The notes: generated from the letters alone by a model not told the origin. DNA of 64,000 nucleotides from Camelus dromedarius (GCF_036321535.1 NC_087437.1:101620001-101684000); one strand, 5' to 3'; counted from the first letter of the stretch, positions 1 through 13,269 are shown. Program-made: numbers and translations.

Positions 1-1154
1 CTCATTGGTGAAATTCAGTGTTACGTAGTTTAAGCATAACCTTGAAGTGAATTCTTTTATCTCCTTGTACTCAATTGCTCTCTGAGCTTTTCATAAAGCA
101 AAGAACTGTGCAAAGGTGCACCGTCAGTGCAGCCAAGACCAAGGTGATGGAAGTAAGAAAGACTCTGGGGAATATGGCAAAGGCAATTGCTGCTTCTTGC
201 TTGGAATTTGAGAACCAGCAATGGTCTGAGAGAAACCCTTTGCTTTCTGGATGAGCCAGTTACACTGTGATAAGCACTACCATACAGTTAATATCCTTTC
301 TCAGAAGCAGACCTTTTCATACAGTTAACTATGTGTAAAATTGTCTTTCTTTTCTTTCTTATTTGACATATATCTCAAATTTATAACCATCTGCCATGTA
401 CTTCCACTAAACAGTCTGGTCTTCCTTTTAGTATTTGATTTATGATCACTGGAAAAAGAGGCATGACAGGAATGTCTTACTGCATGTATCTTCTTGACGC
501 ATTTTTGCTGTTTTCTAATTCTAAACAGCTTTCTAGTTTTAAGTTAGTTTTTCTTAACATTCATGTCTTTCTAAAATAGGAAGTAATGTATCTTTTTTGT
601 TCTTCAATACATATACTCTCTTAGGGTTCATCAAGTCTGCTCAGTGGGGCATCATTTGTATTATCTATAGAGAGTAATGTACACTTAAAAACTATCTGTA
701 TTCAGACTTACACACAATCTGAATGTTCCTCCTCATGTTTCCCTTCAGTCCAAGGTATCAACTCTGTAATCATTAAATCTACTTTGGGAATACTATAGAG
801 TAAACCATTAATTATATTATTCACATGTTAGAAGTCACTATAAAAGTAGTTCCTTTTAAATTTTATCTTAAAAAAAAAATTTGTGCCCAGGCTAGCCAAG
901 GATAAAAACTGTATCTTGTATTGAATTAAAAATGGAGGTGGTTAAAAATTATTGACATTGATGAAGGTTTGGTTTTGACATTGGTATCAGTGTCATGGAA
1001 TAACAGGGGGAGAGTCCTAAAAATATGTGAGACGTGCTGTTTATTTGTTTATGTCTTGTGTACTTATGCTTGGAAAAACAGAGACCACTGCACTGGAATT
1101 AGTGCAGCCACTCACTGGTTTGCTGAGATGTCTTCAAATTTTATATGCCATGGA

Positions 1155-1300
1155 AAAGCAATGGCACTGGAAAGAGAGACTTGGATTTGAATTCTTGTTA
1201 TGCTAATTGCCTAAACAGATAGCTAACTTAAATCTAGGACTTCAATAAGCCTGCTTTTGAAATGTTGGTAGAAAAATAATGTAGTAATTAATATTGCCTT
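1155..1300 (+). mobile_element. Degenerate MIR SINE fragment
   Basis: 'aaagcaatggcactggaaagagagacttggatttgaattct' resembles the MIR tRNA-like head ('agcacgggctctggagtcagac...gggttcgaatcc'); heavily diverged. Confidence 0.45.
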
Positions 1301-1339
1301 CATTGGTTAAAAAACAAAAGAAAAATCAAATTATTGTCA

Positions 1340-1730
1340 TGTATTAGTCCTGAGATAAGTGTGCCTCCCGAGTTTAATTCTGTGACTTGCTTGCTTCATC
1401 AGGGACCCAGTTTGCTGTCATTTTGTTTCCTACCATTTTAGGATTCCAACTGGGTTCTTAGTGTAGTAGTCTTTATTCATTTATTTATTCTGGGAGTTAG
1501 CCTTTTACTTTACTGCTTTATAATAGCAAAGAAACTCTTCCCAGAAGCCCTATAGAAAGCTTCTAGTTGATTACTCTCCACATAGAATTGCATCACAAAT
1601 CTCTCATTTAATCCTTTCTCTGATAATTGTACTGAAACCAAGATGGTTAGCTAAGGTCAGTAAGGACTCAGTGGCGGTAGGTATCTAAACAAACTAGGGG
1701 AGTGTGGTGGCAATAAAGGAAGCAAGGATA
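1340..1730 (-). mobile_element. Old MaLR LTR (MLT1J/K/L-like)
   Basis: 'gaaactcttcccagaagccc...agaattgcatcaca' resembles the old MLT1 motif 'cttcccagaagcccc...ccagaactgggtcacatg'. Confidence 0.5.
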
Positions 1731-3034
1731 GATAATAAGTAGATGATTGAAAATATATTCTACAAGCACCCTTGGTTAGTTTTACAACATAATTTGAGTA
1801 CAAATTTATATCTTTCAGCACATACACACAACGTAACTGCTCCTAAAAGGGAAACCACTGCATTCTACCAAGATGCACTGGGCTTCTACTATGTTTCAGT
1901 TATTTTGCAAGCCATTAAGAATATGAATGTATTGAACACGTTTGGTGAAATCAAATATCAAATTATGGAAGAGTCAAAACACAGTACATAAATAAAACCT
2001 GCAAACAAGTGCACAGTCTTTCTCACAAATCAACATTACAGATGCTCTGATAGAGGGAAACCCATACTGAAATGAAAGCAAATAAATGAGCACTAGTCAT
2101 AGATTTGGGTGAAAGAACGGAAGGCAAGCCAGAGTCACACTGGAGTGAATGCAATGGTGGAATGTTTATTCTTAAAAGGTAAGTTGTCATAGATAGGGGG
2201 AGAGACATAGATTGGATTTTCCAGGGAAGAATTACAAATAGAAGCATACACGGAGAGAGAAGCAATTGTAGAGGTACCAGTCTCTGTTTTCCTTTTCTTT
2301 TTAAATGCTAATTCTTTTTATTTAAATATTTGAGAGCATTCATTGAGCATTTTTAATGAGTTTCAGTTGCCAGAATGAAATGAACAAGGCTGTTTTTCAT
2401 TGCATACTTGGGTAGCAGAAAAAGACTTCAGTGTCTAGGGAAGAGGTTCCCACTTTCAGACTGTAGACTTTAATCTTCATAATTGGTGAAACACAAGACA
2501 TTTCCCTGTTGTTGTCTGGGGCTGGTTTCAATGGCTAATGAAATGACAGAACCTTGGCTTCAGCCTTATTTTGCCAGCTGAATATTCATAGTTGGAAGGA
2601 CATGGGTCCCTCTTCTGGCGCAGTGAGGCACCAAAGCCAAAGCCTCGTCTTGTGGCTAATATAGAATGATAGATAAGTGACTTGATTTGCTACCTTCAGT
2701 TCTCTGGTAGATCGACTGCCTTACAGTTCGATTGGAGCAATTTTTCATGGAGTTCTTCAGGAGGCCAACCCAGCCTTGGGTAAGTAAGTAGACTCTTCTC
2801 TCTCAAGGGAGTAGAACCATGATGTTTCAATTTTTTCCAGTTATTGCTTTTGATCGTGCTTGTTAACATCCCCTTTCCTCTTCCTTGGATGGACTCTATA
2901 ACTTTCTGGAAATTTTTAGTTTTGAAAAGTTACATTGGTTCCAAAAAGAAAAACAAAACCTTTCTGGAAAACTTTTAATTTTATAAAACTAAAATTTTAA
3001 GTTTTATGTAACTTTTTTTTATAAGTTATATTTT

Positions 3035-3162
3035 AAAAAACTCATAGATAAAGAGAACTAATTGGTGGTTGTCAGAGGCAAGGGGTGGGAGGTGGGAGAA
3101 ATGAGTGAAATTTTTTTGTTTATTTGTTTGTTTAGCTTAAATAAATTGATCAAAAAAAAGTT
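3035..3162 (+). mobile_element. 5'-truncated L1 3' end (L1_Art-like)
   Basis: 'ctcatagataaagagaactaattggtggttgtcagaggcaaggggtgggaggtgggagaaatgagtgaa' is a typical L1 3' UTR, followed by aataaa and an A-run. Candidate TSD 'aaagttacat' at 2926-2935 and 3163-3172. Confidence 0.75.
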
Positions 3163-3651
3163 AAAGTTACATCAAAATTAATTATTTTAAAACTGAAATC
3201 GCTTACCCAACTCAATACTGACCTCTTCTCTTTCTCCAAAGTTCAGGGAGGCCTCAACCTTAGGAAACACACAGTTAAAGGGCTGGTGATACTCACTTTC
3301 CTTTCACCACAATTTTCTCTTCAGGATGCTTTCTGCCTTTAGAGTATCTGAGATTCATGGGAAGGATTAGGAAAACAAAGCAAAATTCTTACCTATTAGT
3401 GAAGTCATCCCTACTTGCTTGATATTTTTTAACCCTCTGGGTACCAAATGGCTAAATATTTGGCTTCTTGCTGCATACAGGTATGAGTTCTTTGAAAATC
3501 TGTCCATGAGGGGCTTCCTCTTTCCATGGGTTCTTAATTAGTATAGCTTTATCTCTTCGTCTCTTCTCACCTCTCATTTTTGTGATGCAGTTACTGCAGT
3601 GTCTTATCTCTTAGTAACCAGCTCTCTTAATGGTTTGCCTTAGTAGCTCAG

Positions 3652-4093
3652 TATTACATTGGTCAATGCATTTTTTTGAGATTCTTCAGAGAAACAGAAT
3701 ATTTATATTATATTGATATATTATGTAGATAGTATAAATGGTAAGGAATTGGCTTTCATGATTATGGAGGTTGAAAACTCCTAAGATCTGCATTGCCAAG
3801 CTGGAGACCCAGGAGAATTGATGCTATATTTCCAGTCCAAGTTCAAGTCTGAGGACAGGAAGCCCATGTCCAGCTTGAAGACATCCAGGCAGAGACAGAC
3901 TCCCTCTTACTCAGTCCTTTTGTTCTATTCAAGTCTTCAATTGATGAGGACTATCAGCAGTAGAAGGGCAATTTTCTTTACTTAGTCTACTGTTAATCTC
4001 ATCCAAAATGCCCTCATAAACACACTCTATTGTTTGAGCAAATGTCTAGGCTCCCTATGGCTCAATCAAGTTGACATAAAATTAACCATCACA
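3652..4093 (-). mobile_element. ERVL MLT2 (MLT2B/D-like) solo LTR
   Basis: Ends 'caagttgacataaaattaaccatcaca', the reverse complement of the MLT2 start TGTGATGGTTAATTTTATGTGTCAACTTG. Internal 'aaggaattggct...gattatggagg' and 'gcaagctggagacccaggaga'-like motifs are also present. Confidence 0.9.
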
Positions 4094-4469
4094 GCATTCT
4101 TTTCTTACTAAATGGAGGTATGTAGGCTGACAGTTAAGAGTCTCTCCTTTCTATCCTGTCATTTCCTTCAATTTTTCTGATTTTCCAATTCAAATAATCA
4201 CAAAAAAGTGGATCATCAAGGCCAAGTAAACCAAAGAACCAAGCCTGACAATGAGATACCAGTCTCTTCTTTGTCTAATCATGCCCACCTTTTTCAGGGA
4301 TTTTCTTGGGCTCTTATTCATACGTATTAATGGGGATCCTACAAATGTGTATGGAACAATGTCTTGGTAGTTCTACTTAGAATAACAGGTACACATATCT
4401 ACTATGAAGGCATATTTTAAGCTTTGGGGCACCTAGTAGAATGAGTACTGTTTCAACATTCTCTCCTTC

Positions 4470-4900
4470 TTGTGTAACAGAATCATACATTCACATTCTT
4501 TTGAATGCAACTTGAGAGGGACATAGTTTCCTACCCCTAGACTCAAAATTCAGCTATGCAACTCCCTTTTGGTATGAATATTTAAGTAGCAAGCCCAGGC
4601 TTGAAAAATGTTTACACTATTGCACCTATTTCAGAACATCTGAAATTGTCCTGAGAACAACAGGTCTGGTCTAAACTGTTTTTCTCAGGAGGGAAATCTA
4701 GATTAGCCAAATCCTAACTAATTCCCACTAAGCCTCCAGGCACATGTGGGAGCACAAAGGTCAACAGAGCCATCAAACTAAACCCAATTTAGACCAACTG
4801 ACCCCAAGTTGATCTGAAAACCCATGAGAATAAATGATGATTGTTTTTAGTAGTAACTTTTGGGATGGTTAGTTTTGTTTTTTTGGTCACAGCACTTTTG
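4470..4900 (+). mobile_element. Old MaLR LTR (MLT1H/I/J-like)
   Basis: The 3' part 'catgagaataaatgatgattgtttttag...ttttgggatggttagtt' matches the MLT1 poly(A)-signal/terminal block. Confidence 0.5.
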
Positions 4901-6019
4901 TGATAATTGCAAATAAATGCAAGATTTGGTTCCAATTATCAGATATACTCAGTTAAAAGGAAAAATAAACAGATACATATCCAAATTATTACTTTCATTT
5001 TGCTTCCTCATGTATGCTTATTTAAGAAGTTGCAAAATAATGACAAAGTAGGTGGAACATTTCATTTTTTTGTCAAACATGGTTTGGAATCAAATAAATT
5101 TGCCCTTTACTAAATTTGATTTTATTAAGGAATTCCATCTAGAATCTCTTTATATGGACAAACAATTGTAGATTTTCATTCTCTAAACAAAAAGCTCTGT
5201 GGTTAGAAACTCCACCTTTGTGATTACCTATCATTCCAGCATTATAATTTTTTTCAGTTTGTTTTGATTTCATTTCAGTGTTGCATTTTCTTTTTAAAAA
5301 TTTTCAACTAGTACTGGATATAATATTGAAGATATTTTGACAGACTTTTTCCTATTTGTAAATTCCAATTTAAAAAAAAACACAGTAAAATTTTCTAAGC
5401 AACATTGAGAAAGAACACATGATGCGTTTTTAACTTTCATTTAAAAGGAGGAAATTAAAGAGCCAAATGCACTTTAACATAGAGAACATCGAGTCAAAGA
5501 AAGATTTTCTTCTTCTATTTTGTTTTAGCCATTTTGTTGTTTTTCTTGATGGCAAAAGCTCTCTGATTTTCAAGTTATTGTGTAGAAATTGGGATAAACA
5601 CCACAGAGGAACGCTGGCTTCATAAAGCAAGTCAACCTCCATTTATGGCTCTTGTTTCATTCCTGTACTTCCAGTCCTTTTAAACAGAACAAACATGCCC
5701 TGGGGTTTTTCTTAAAATCATTTTGAAAGTGTGATTCTGTTATGACTTATCAGTATGAAATACAGTTTTCTGATAACACAATGGCTAAAATAAATTTCCG
5801 TTTTTTTCATAGGTGGATAGCAGGTGGGATATGTGGAGTCTCTATATGGCAAGAATTCAAACTTTACTGAGAAATGCAAAGCAAACCTAAATGCAAAGCA
5901 AAGCAAAAAGCAAGCAAAGGGCATAGATTTAAAAATATGTCTACCAGGAGAGATTATGGAATTATTTTTAAATTAAATAAAAGAGATACTGAGGTTCAAA
6001 TGAAACAGAAACCTATTCA

Positions 6020-7635
6020 GGGGGTGATAAAAATCAATTCCTTAAAAGGTACAAACTACTAAAACTGAACCAATATTAGATTGCTTGTATCTATTTTTTA
6101 AATTGAATTTATTTCTTTAGTTAGAAAATTCTCCCCAAAAATGAAAACTCCAAATACAGATGGTTGCACCAAAGAAGCCTACTAAAAGCTTACCAAATAA
6201 TTAACACCAATTTTACACAATCTCTTTTTGAAAATAAAAGAAGGAATACTCCCCAGCTCATTTTATAAATTACCCTGACTCCAAAATCAGACAGGAGCAG
6301 TTCAAAAATAAATAAATAAGACTGCAGACCAGTATCTCTCATGATCATAGGTACAATAATCCTCAAAAAAAGGATAGCAAATCAAATTCAGCAATATGTA
6401 AAATTAATTATAATCTATGACCAAGAGAGTTTTATTCCAGAGATGCAAAGCTGGCTTGGTATTCTAAAATCAATCAATATAATTTATAATATCAATAAAC
6501 TAAAGTAGAAAAATTAAACATATATTTCAATTTATATGGAAAAAAAATTTGACAAAATTTAACAACCACTAGTGCTAAAAACTCTGAATAAATTAAAAAT
6601 AGAGAGAAACTTCCTCAACTTGATAAAGGAGGTCTATAAAAACACTAGAACTAACACATTTAATGATTAATGACTAAGTGACTAAATGTTTAATGATTAA
6701 ATATTTTCTTCTTAAATTAAGAACAAGGAAAAGATATTCTGCATCATCTCTACATAGTCTGGAAGTCTTTGTCAGGGAAATAGGCAAAAGGAAAATAAAA
6801 GGTACACAGATTGGAAAGAAAATAAATAAATAAAACAGTCCCTATTCACACATGAGATGATGATATATGTAGAAAAGCCCAAGGAAATTACACAAAAACT
6901 TCAAAAACTAAAGTAAGGTCAACACACAAAAATCAGTTCTATTTCTGTACACTAGCAATGAGCCTATGGAAGTTTAAATTAAAAACACAATAATGATTAT
7001 TATTGCTCAAAAGATAATCCTTTGATATAAATATGATAAAAGATGTACAGGACTTATGTAATGAGAACTACAAATTACTAATGAAAGAAATTGATGAAGT
7101 ACTAAACAGTCTTAATGGTATGGTACACCATGTTCATGGATTAGAAGACTCAGCAGAGTAACTATTCCATTTTTCCCCATGTTGGTCTGTAAATAAATAA
7201 TAAAGGGAAACTTACCAGCACATTCCCATTTTTAAATAAACAAACATATGGAGCAAATACGTAGTTTTATTTAAGAATTGAGTAGAATTGGTAGTTTCTT
7301 AAAAAATCTAACCAGGACTCTACAACCCAGCAGTTGCATTCTTGGCATTAAACTCTGAGAAACGGAAACATGTTCACATACACACACAAAAAACTGTACT
7401 TGAATGTTCAAAGTAGATTTATTCATAACAGCACCACACTTTAATCCTTCCAGATATTCTTCAACAAATAAATCATTAAGTGAACTGGTATATCTATATT
7501 ATGAAATACTACTCAGCAATAAAAAGGAACTACCCATATATACAATTTTGATGGATCTCTAGAGAATTATCCTGAGTAGAAAAAAGCAAATCCCATAATG
7601 TTAGACACTTTATAAATTTATTTATATAACATTCT
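6020..7635 (+). mobile_element. L1MC/L1MB-like LINE, decayed ORF2 (RT region) into 3' UTR, left part
   Basis: Decayed ORF2 motifs: 'gaaggaatactccccagctcattttat', 'agaccagtatctctcatga', 'tttattccagagatgcaaagctgg', 'tcacacatgagatgatgatatatgtagaaaagccc' (LFADDMIVYVENP-like), 'gaaatactactcagcaataaaaaggaac'. Confidence 0.9.
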
Positions 7636-8105
7636 CCACCATACCTTATCTTCCTTGGCTTTAAATTAAAGGTGGCTTTTGCTTTTCTTGGAGAAGGAGG
7701 GGAGTGGAGCTTTTCTACTGTACACCCATGATGGGTTAGAAGAGCAAGGGGATCATTCCTGGCCCTCCACTGCAGTCATTCTCCTTGGGGTGACAGCTCT
7801 TGCCTCAGTGGATGGAGGTACCTGCTGGTGTTCACAAAGAAGATGGGGGAACAGGTGCACTGAATGAAGAAGCGAGAGGATGGACCTAACACCTGCCCAG
7901 CATAACTTTCATAATGCCCAGGTGACCCTTTAACCTGATGCAGGTCTTTTAAATGTCCATCTCAAACTGGCTTATCTTCTGCATTCTTGTGCAGGTGGTT
8001 CTGGTTGGCTTCCATGGGTTCATCAGCAGCAGGGCTGGTGATCCCAGGAATGGTGCCCTGGGGACATGGTTCCCCAGCGCTATGTCTGCAGCCCAAGCCT
8101 CTGGA
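7636..8105 (-). pseudogene. Probable processed-mRNA fragment (C-terminal codons plus 3' UTR) inserted in an old L1; parent gene not recognised
   Basis: Non-L1, visibly GC-richer block that interrupts the L1 motif 'ataacattct|tgaaatggcaaaa'. Minus-strand frame 8102->7962 reads RGLGCRHSAGEPCPQGTIPGITSPAADEPMEANQNHLHKNAEDKPV*, followed by UTR-like sequence. Confidence 0.6.
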
Positions 8106-8480
8106 ATATACTTGAAATGGCAAAAATTATCCAGACAGGGTACAGATTAGTAGTTGCCAAAGTTTAGAGACAGAGCAGGAAGAAAGAGTGGGTGTAATTA
8201 TAAAAAGATAACAGAGGGAAGGTCTCTATGACAATTGAACAATTTTGCATCTTGACTGTGGTAGTTACATATCTTTATTCATGTAATAAAAACATACAAA
8301 CACAACACACAGAAATAATAAAAAATCTGAATAAACTCTCTGGATGACAGCAACATCAATTGGCTAGTTTTGATGTTGATCTATAGTTGTATAAGATGTG
8401 GCAACTGGAAGCTGGGTGAGGGACACATGGGACCTCTCTGTACTATTTTTGCAACTTCTTTCAAATCTACAATCATTGTA
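8106..8480 (+). mobile_element. L1MC-like 3' UTR, right part (continuation of 6020-7635)
   Basis: 'cttgaaatggcaaaaattat...cagattagtagttgcca', 'gcatcttgactgtggtagttacat', 'acctctctgtactatttttgcaacttc' are L1MC 3'-end motifs. Confidence 0.85.
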
Positions 8481-11299
8481 GTTTTAAGACATTCAGTTAG
8501 AAAAAGCATTCATGAATATGCAGCTTATTCCTGAAGGCAATGCTGTTTTGCTGAGAATAAAATGACTCTTCATTACAGTGATCATAGGATATTACCTTGT
8601 TGAACTTGGTAGAAATTTTAGAGCCCATAAGATATTGATCAGTTTCATTACCCAGAAGAATAGATGATATTGAATTGCATATAAAGCATCTTTTCCCAAG
8701 AAGATTAGGCACATAAGAAATCTTATTTCAATTTCCTAAAAATATGAACTCAGAACTGTTTCTTATACACAGATATTTCTGTGTACACCTGAGGCTATGC
8801 AGTAATATAGCAGGATTAGGCAAAGTCTTATGGCAAACACAATGACTTTTCCAAGATTAGTAAGTGTATTTTAGGATTTACAAGTAAACATTTTGAATGT
8901 TTGTACTCTCAAAAAAAAATGCTGAGAGTTTGTGCTCAGTAGAATACTTGTGTGAGATTTTTTGTGCATGTATCTGAGAAGGCTTGCAAAGTAGAAAAAA
9001 ATTACTTACCCAAAGAATTAAATGATCTGATATTTTGAGTTGCCAAAAAATCTAGCAGAATTTATTCTTTAGTCATGTCAAAATGAAAACAGCAAACTAC
9101 TGTAGCTTAAAAAAGTATTTTATTGTTGGTAACTAGTGCTGAGGGGACTGACTGATAAAATCCTGATGGCTTCCTCTGGTTTCAGTCCCTTTTTGAGGTT
9201 CTACTACATATCTCCTCTTGGATTCCAGGATATTCCTTTGTGGAACCTTGTGGAATTTTACTTAGATTAATTCAAGTTGATTTTTATTAATTGTAAACAA
9301 GGGATGAAATAACTAAGACACAAAGCTAAGCAGCAAAGACATGAATAAAAAGAATCATCTTGAACCTTATCCTAATTTTTTTTATATAATCACTAGAGGA
9401 AATTAGTGGATTTGGGCTATTTAGCATCACCATTTTAAACCAAATGCCTTTACTGTTTTTCTTCAAAAATACCCTCAGTTAAAAAGTAGGAACTTAGATT
9501 TGGATACATATATAATTTCTGTGAGGATATTAAAATAACAGTATGGATCAAATAAGTTTACTTTTGTGAGATTTATTATGAGATAACCATTAACTAATAT
9601 TAGCGATAGTCAAAAAAATTTCCCTGGAATTTCATTCGTTGAAGATAATGTGCTATCCATTGAGTATGCAAGAAGTTTTATAGCACTAAGCAGGTTCAAC
9701 TTATTTCTTGGTGCTGACACTGACTAATTTTATTTTTGCATATGATCATTTGTCAAATCAATATATGAATAAATAAACAGATACATGCAGATGTTCATAT
9801 ATAACTTTGTTATTTTTCTACTCTGTTTTTTTGTTTTAACAAAGCCCTTTGTGCCCTCTGAGATTCTCAAGTTGAGAACTTTTGAATAAAACTTAGAATT
9901 CTATATTGGTAGCATTGTGAAAGGCAAGTACATGGTAGAAACCAGGCTAAGGGCAACCTATATCTTCAAATAACACCTTTGACTAAGTGTACAGAGCTTT
10001 CAGAACCTTGCGATAAAAGTCATTAGCATGATAGAGATTCTTGATTACTTTTGTTTAAAAGAAGCTTTGAGAATATCCCACTTAGTGTTTTGGCCAACTC
10101 TTTTGATTAGCTTGGAGTTAATCAGGTCCATCTCCATTCTTTTACTAAGGTAAAATGTGTTTTGAAGTTCCTTTTCTATAAAGGGCATTGATATCAATGG
10201 CAGTTCATTTTCTCTTGGGATGCTCTTACAATTTTGCTGTGCTAAATGCTTCCACTAAGCACTTAGTGAAGGCTGAGGTCACCTCTCTTGTTAAAGAAGA
10301 AAAATTGCAACCCTTTAACTCAAAGTTTCCCAAAGTGCCGTGTAAGTCGTAATTAAAGGCTGGCATTAATTTTTTAAATGACAGAAATGTTATTCTCGTC
10401 ATCTCCCCCTGCTGTTTAGTTAGGTAAATGTTCATTTGAAACAATATATTATGACTCAAAAGGCATTCATTTTATTTCATAATGCCATATGTCTTATAAA
10501 ACATGGTGACACAGTAAGAAAAATCATATTTCTTTCAGGTGTCCAGAGACAATGCCTTGTTCCAAGTAAAAATACTTCTGCAAAAGTAATGGCAAAGTCA
10601 TTGCCAGAGTGAGAGTTTCCAGTAATTGATAGTTTATTACCAAGAGGGAAAGTCAGTTCCATTGTTGATAGCTCTGAACAGCAGTGCTGCTATCATAAAT
10701 GTTTAAAGTGTTCTTTTAACCTTATGAAATCTACATCCTGCTTAGTGATGTGCATGAGTTATAGTAAAGCCCTACTTCCTACACTCACATGTCAATTTGA
10801 TCATATGAGACTTTTGCTTTTTTGGGAATAAACTTTAATCTCTCAAGTGAAAATAAGGAACAAATCTTTATGTCATAGTAATGATTAAATAAGATATTGC
10901 GAAATAACTTTGCTATGTAGTAAAGAGCAAATGTGGAATTAGTTCTAGTTACCTTTCCTTCAGCACCTACACATAGTATAGAAGATTGACAAGAAGATGA
11001 TTCTATGATATATTCTTTAGAATTAGGAAATAATAACAACAAAAAAGAATATTTTCCAAGAGTTGAAATTTTAAATCAATTATGTCCTATTAAAATTTTA
11101 AAATATCTCTTAGGTAACTGACCTAGATTCTTACCTGTCTGAAATAATTAACATATATAAAAAATGAAAGTTCCGTGGAGAGGGACTCATTCAACCAGAA
11201 AATCATTCAACTGAAGCAAGTAAGAGGCATTTTTAAAAGGAGAATTTGACCTACAGGCTTAAGCAACTTTGCCTCACAAGTTGGCCCAATATTTCTGGG

Positions 11300-12290
11300 T
11301 CCTTATAGTCATTGTGTGTACCTTAATTAGATTACTTAGTCTGTATTTTTCATGTGATATTATTGTGATATATATTTTTAATATACAAGTTAATTTTTGT
11401 TTTCTATCATTCTACTTGTTCTATGTTATTTTTTTATCTTCCACACCTTCCTTGGAATTACTTGTTTTTGTTATTCATTTTTCCTTCTACAGCATGTTAA
11501 TTAACACATTCTTTACGGCTCATTTAGTGATTATCTAGAAATTATGACATGCCCCATTTAGTTGCTAAGGTCTAATATCAATTAGTACATCTACCACTTA
11601 CTGAAAACTGCGTGATCTTAGAACACTTTTAACTCCACTTTGCCCTAAACCTGCATATTTTATGTATAGTTTATTTCTATACATATTTAACCTCTATAAA
11701 ATCTTATTTTATAAAGTCTACAATATTTTATATTTTCCATATATCCACTCTATCTCTTTATATGCATTGCTCTCTGTATTTCTATGCTTCCATCTGATAT
11801 CATTTTCCTTTTATCTCCATTTTCTTAATTGCAGAGCTGCTAGTGATTAACTCTATTTTGGTTTGGAAAAATATCTTAAATTTCCCTTTACTTCTGAAAG
11901 ACTTTTTTTTGTGGGGGGGTGTCACATGGAGTACTAGGTGGTCAGTTCTTTTCTTTCAGCACTTTGATGTCATTGCCCCATTGTCTTCTGCTTCTAGTTC
12001 TATACTTGAGAAGTCAATCATCAATTTTATTATTTCTTCTTTAAAAATAATATAATTTTATTTTCTGGATTCCTTATAAGATGTGTTTTCATTGTGTTTC
12101 CTTTATATGTCTTAAGGTGGTTTTTTTTTTTTTTTAATTTGTATTTATTTAGCCCAGTTTTTAAAAAGCTCCTAGAAGCAGTTATTTATTGTTTCATCAG
12201 TTTTTGAAAATTCTTAACCTTTTTCTCTCCAGTTATTCATCATCTGTAGGATTCTTTGCCTTCTCTTCTTCTTGAAATCCAATTATATGT
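11300..12290 (-). mobile_element. Old L1M/HAL1 ORF1-region fragment
   Basis: 'ttttctttcagcactttgatgtcattgccccattgtcttctgcttctagttctatacttgagaagtca' is the antisense of L1 ORF1 sequence; T-rich skew throughout. Confidence 0.7.
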
Positions 12291-12298
12291 ACAATTCT

Positions 12299-12492
12299 CA
12301 GCATGGTGGTTAACAACAGGGACTTAGCAATCTAATTTATTGAATTTGAACCTGAGTTTTTTCATTACTAGTTCTAATACTAGTTAATCATTCTGTCAGT
12401 TTCTTCATTTGTAAATGAAAACAATTACTGTGTTCACGCTTATATGACTGGAATGAATACTAAAGGAAAAATATATGGACGCATTTAGAACA
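12299..12492 (+). mobile_element. MIR SINE
   Basis: 'gcatggtggttaa...tttgaacctgag...tcagtttcttcatttgtaaatg...gcatttagaaca' shows the MIR head, core and tail in order. Confidence 0.75.
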
Positions 12493-13269
12493 CATCTTTT
12501 ATTTCCTGTATAGTGTACTTTCCTATAGCTTTCTGTATATCAAATATGCTGAGAATAAAAGAAATTGGTCTAACCAGCATCTTCTGTTAGTCCACGTTTA
12601 CTGCGTTCCATGAAGCGTGTAGTCAAATTGTCATTGCACTTCATCTGTACTTCAGGCCAAATACCTCCATATTAACTTTCTTCTAGGAAGTGAGCCCATA
12701 AACTATGATATACTTTCCAAATTTATTCATCAGAGTAAGTCAAAGATGAAGCTCACAGCAGTGCAGAGAGATTGTAAGAAGTGGGCAGATGAGTGTATTT
12801 TGCAAAGGTCCAGCACATTTTCTCTGATTGCTCAGACTTTGCTGGTGGTTGGTCTGAATGATGTGTAGTTACTCAGTAGACAACATCAACCAGTCACGAC
12901 TATAATGACAAAAGGATTTAAGCAAAGCCTTTTACAGGATAATAGTATTATTGGCCACTCCTTTAAAAACCTGACATTGAAAAAGATAATAAATTCTAAT
13001 AATCAAGAATAGTTTATCCTATATTAGCATAAATTCTTTTTAAAGTGTGCTGTACATTTGCTAAAGCCAATTAAAAATTAGTATTTCTACTTAAAATAGA
13101 TGTATAATTATCTCTCAAAAACTAGTATAGAGTTATTTTATTAATTCTATGACTGCTATTTTAGTTATTAAGCTATATATTCATTATACATGCTCCTGAA
13201 TAAAAGCCACTGGAGTATTTCTTTTTTGATTTTTGTGATGATAATTGGGGTTTAATTGAAAGAGAAAGA

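Noticed and set aside
99..152. Candidate 54-nt exon (ag|caaaga...ggaa|gtaaga; QRTVQRCTVSAAKTKVME)
   Set aside because: Weak polypyrimidine tract, unrecognised peptide and no partner exons; compatible with chance.
1089..1108. Hairpin ctgcact-ggaatt-agtgcag
   Set aside because: A 7-bp stem is expected by chance and is too short for a pre-miRNA or MITE.
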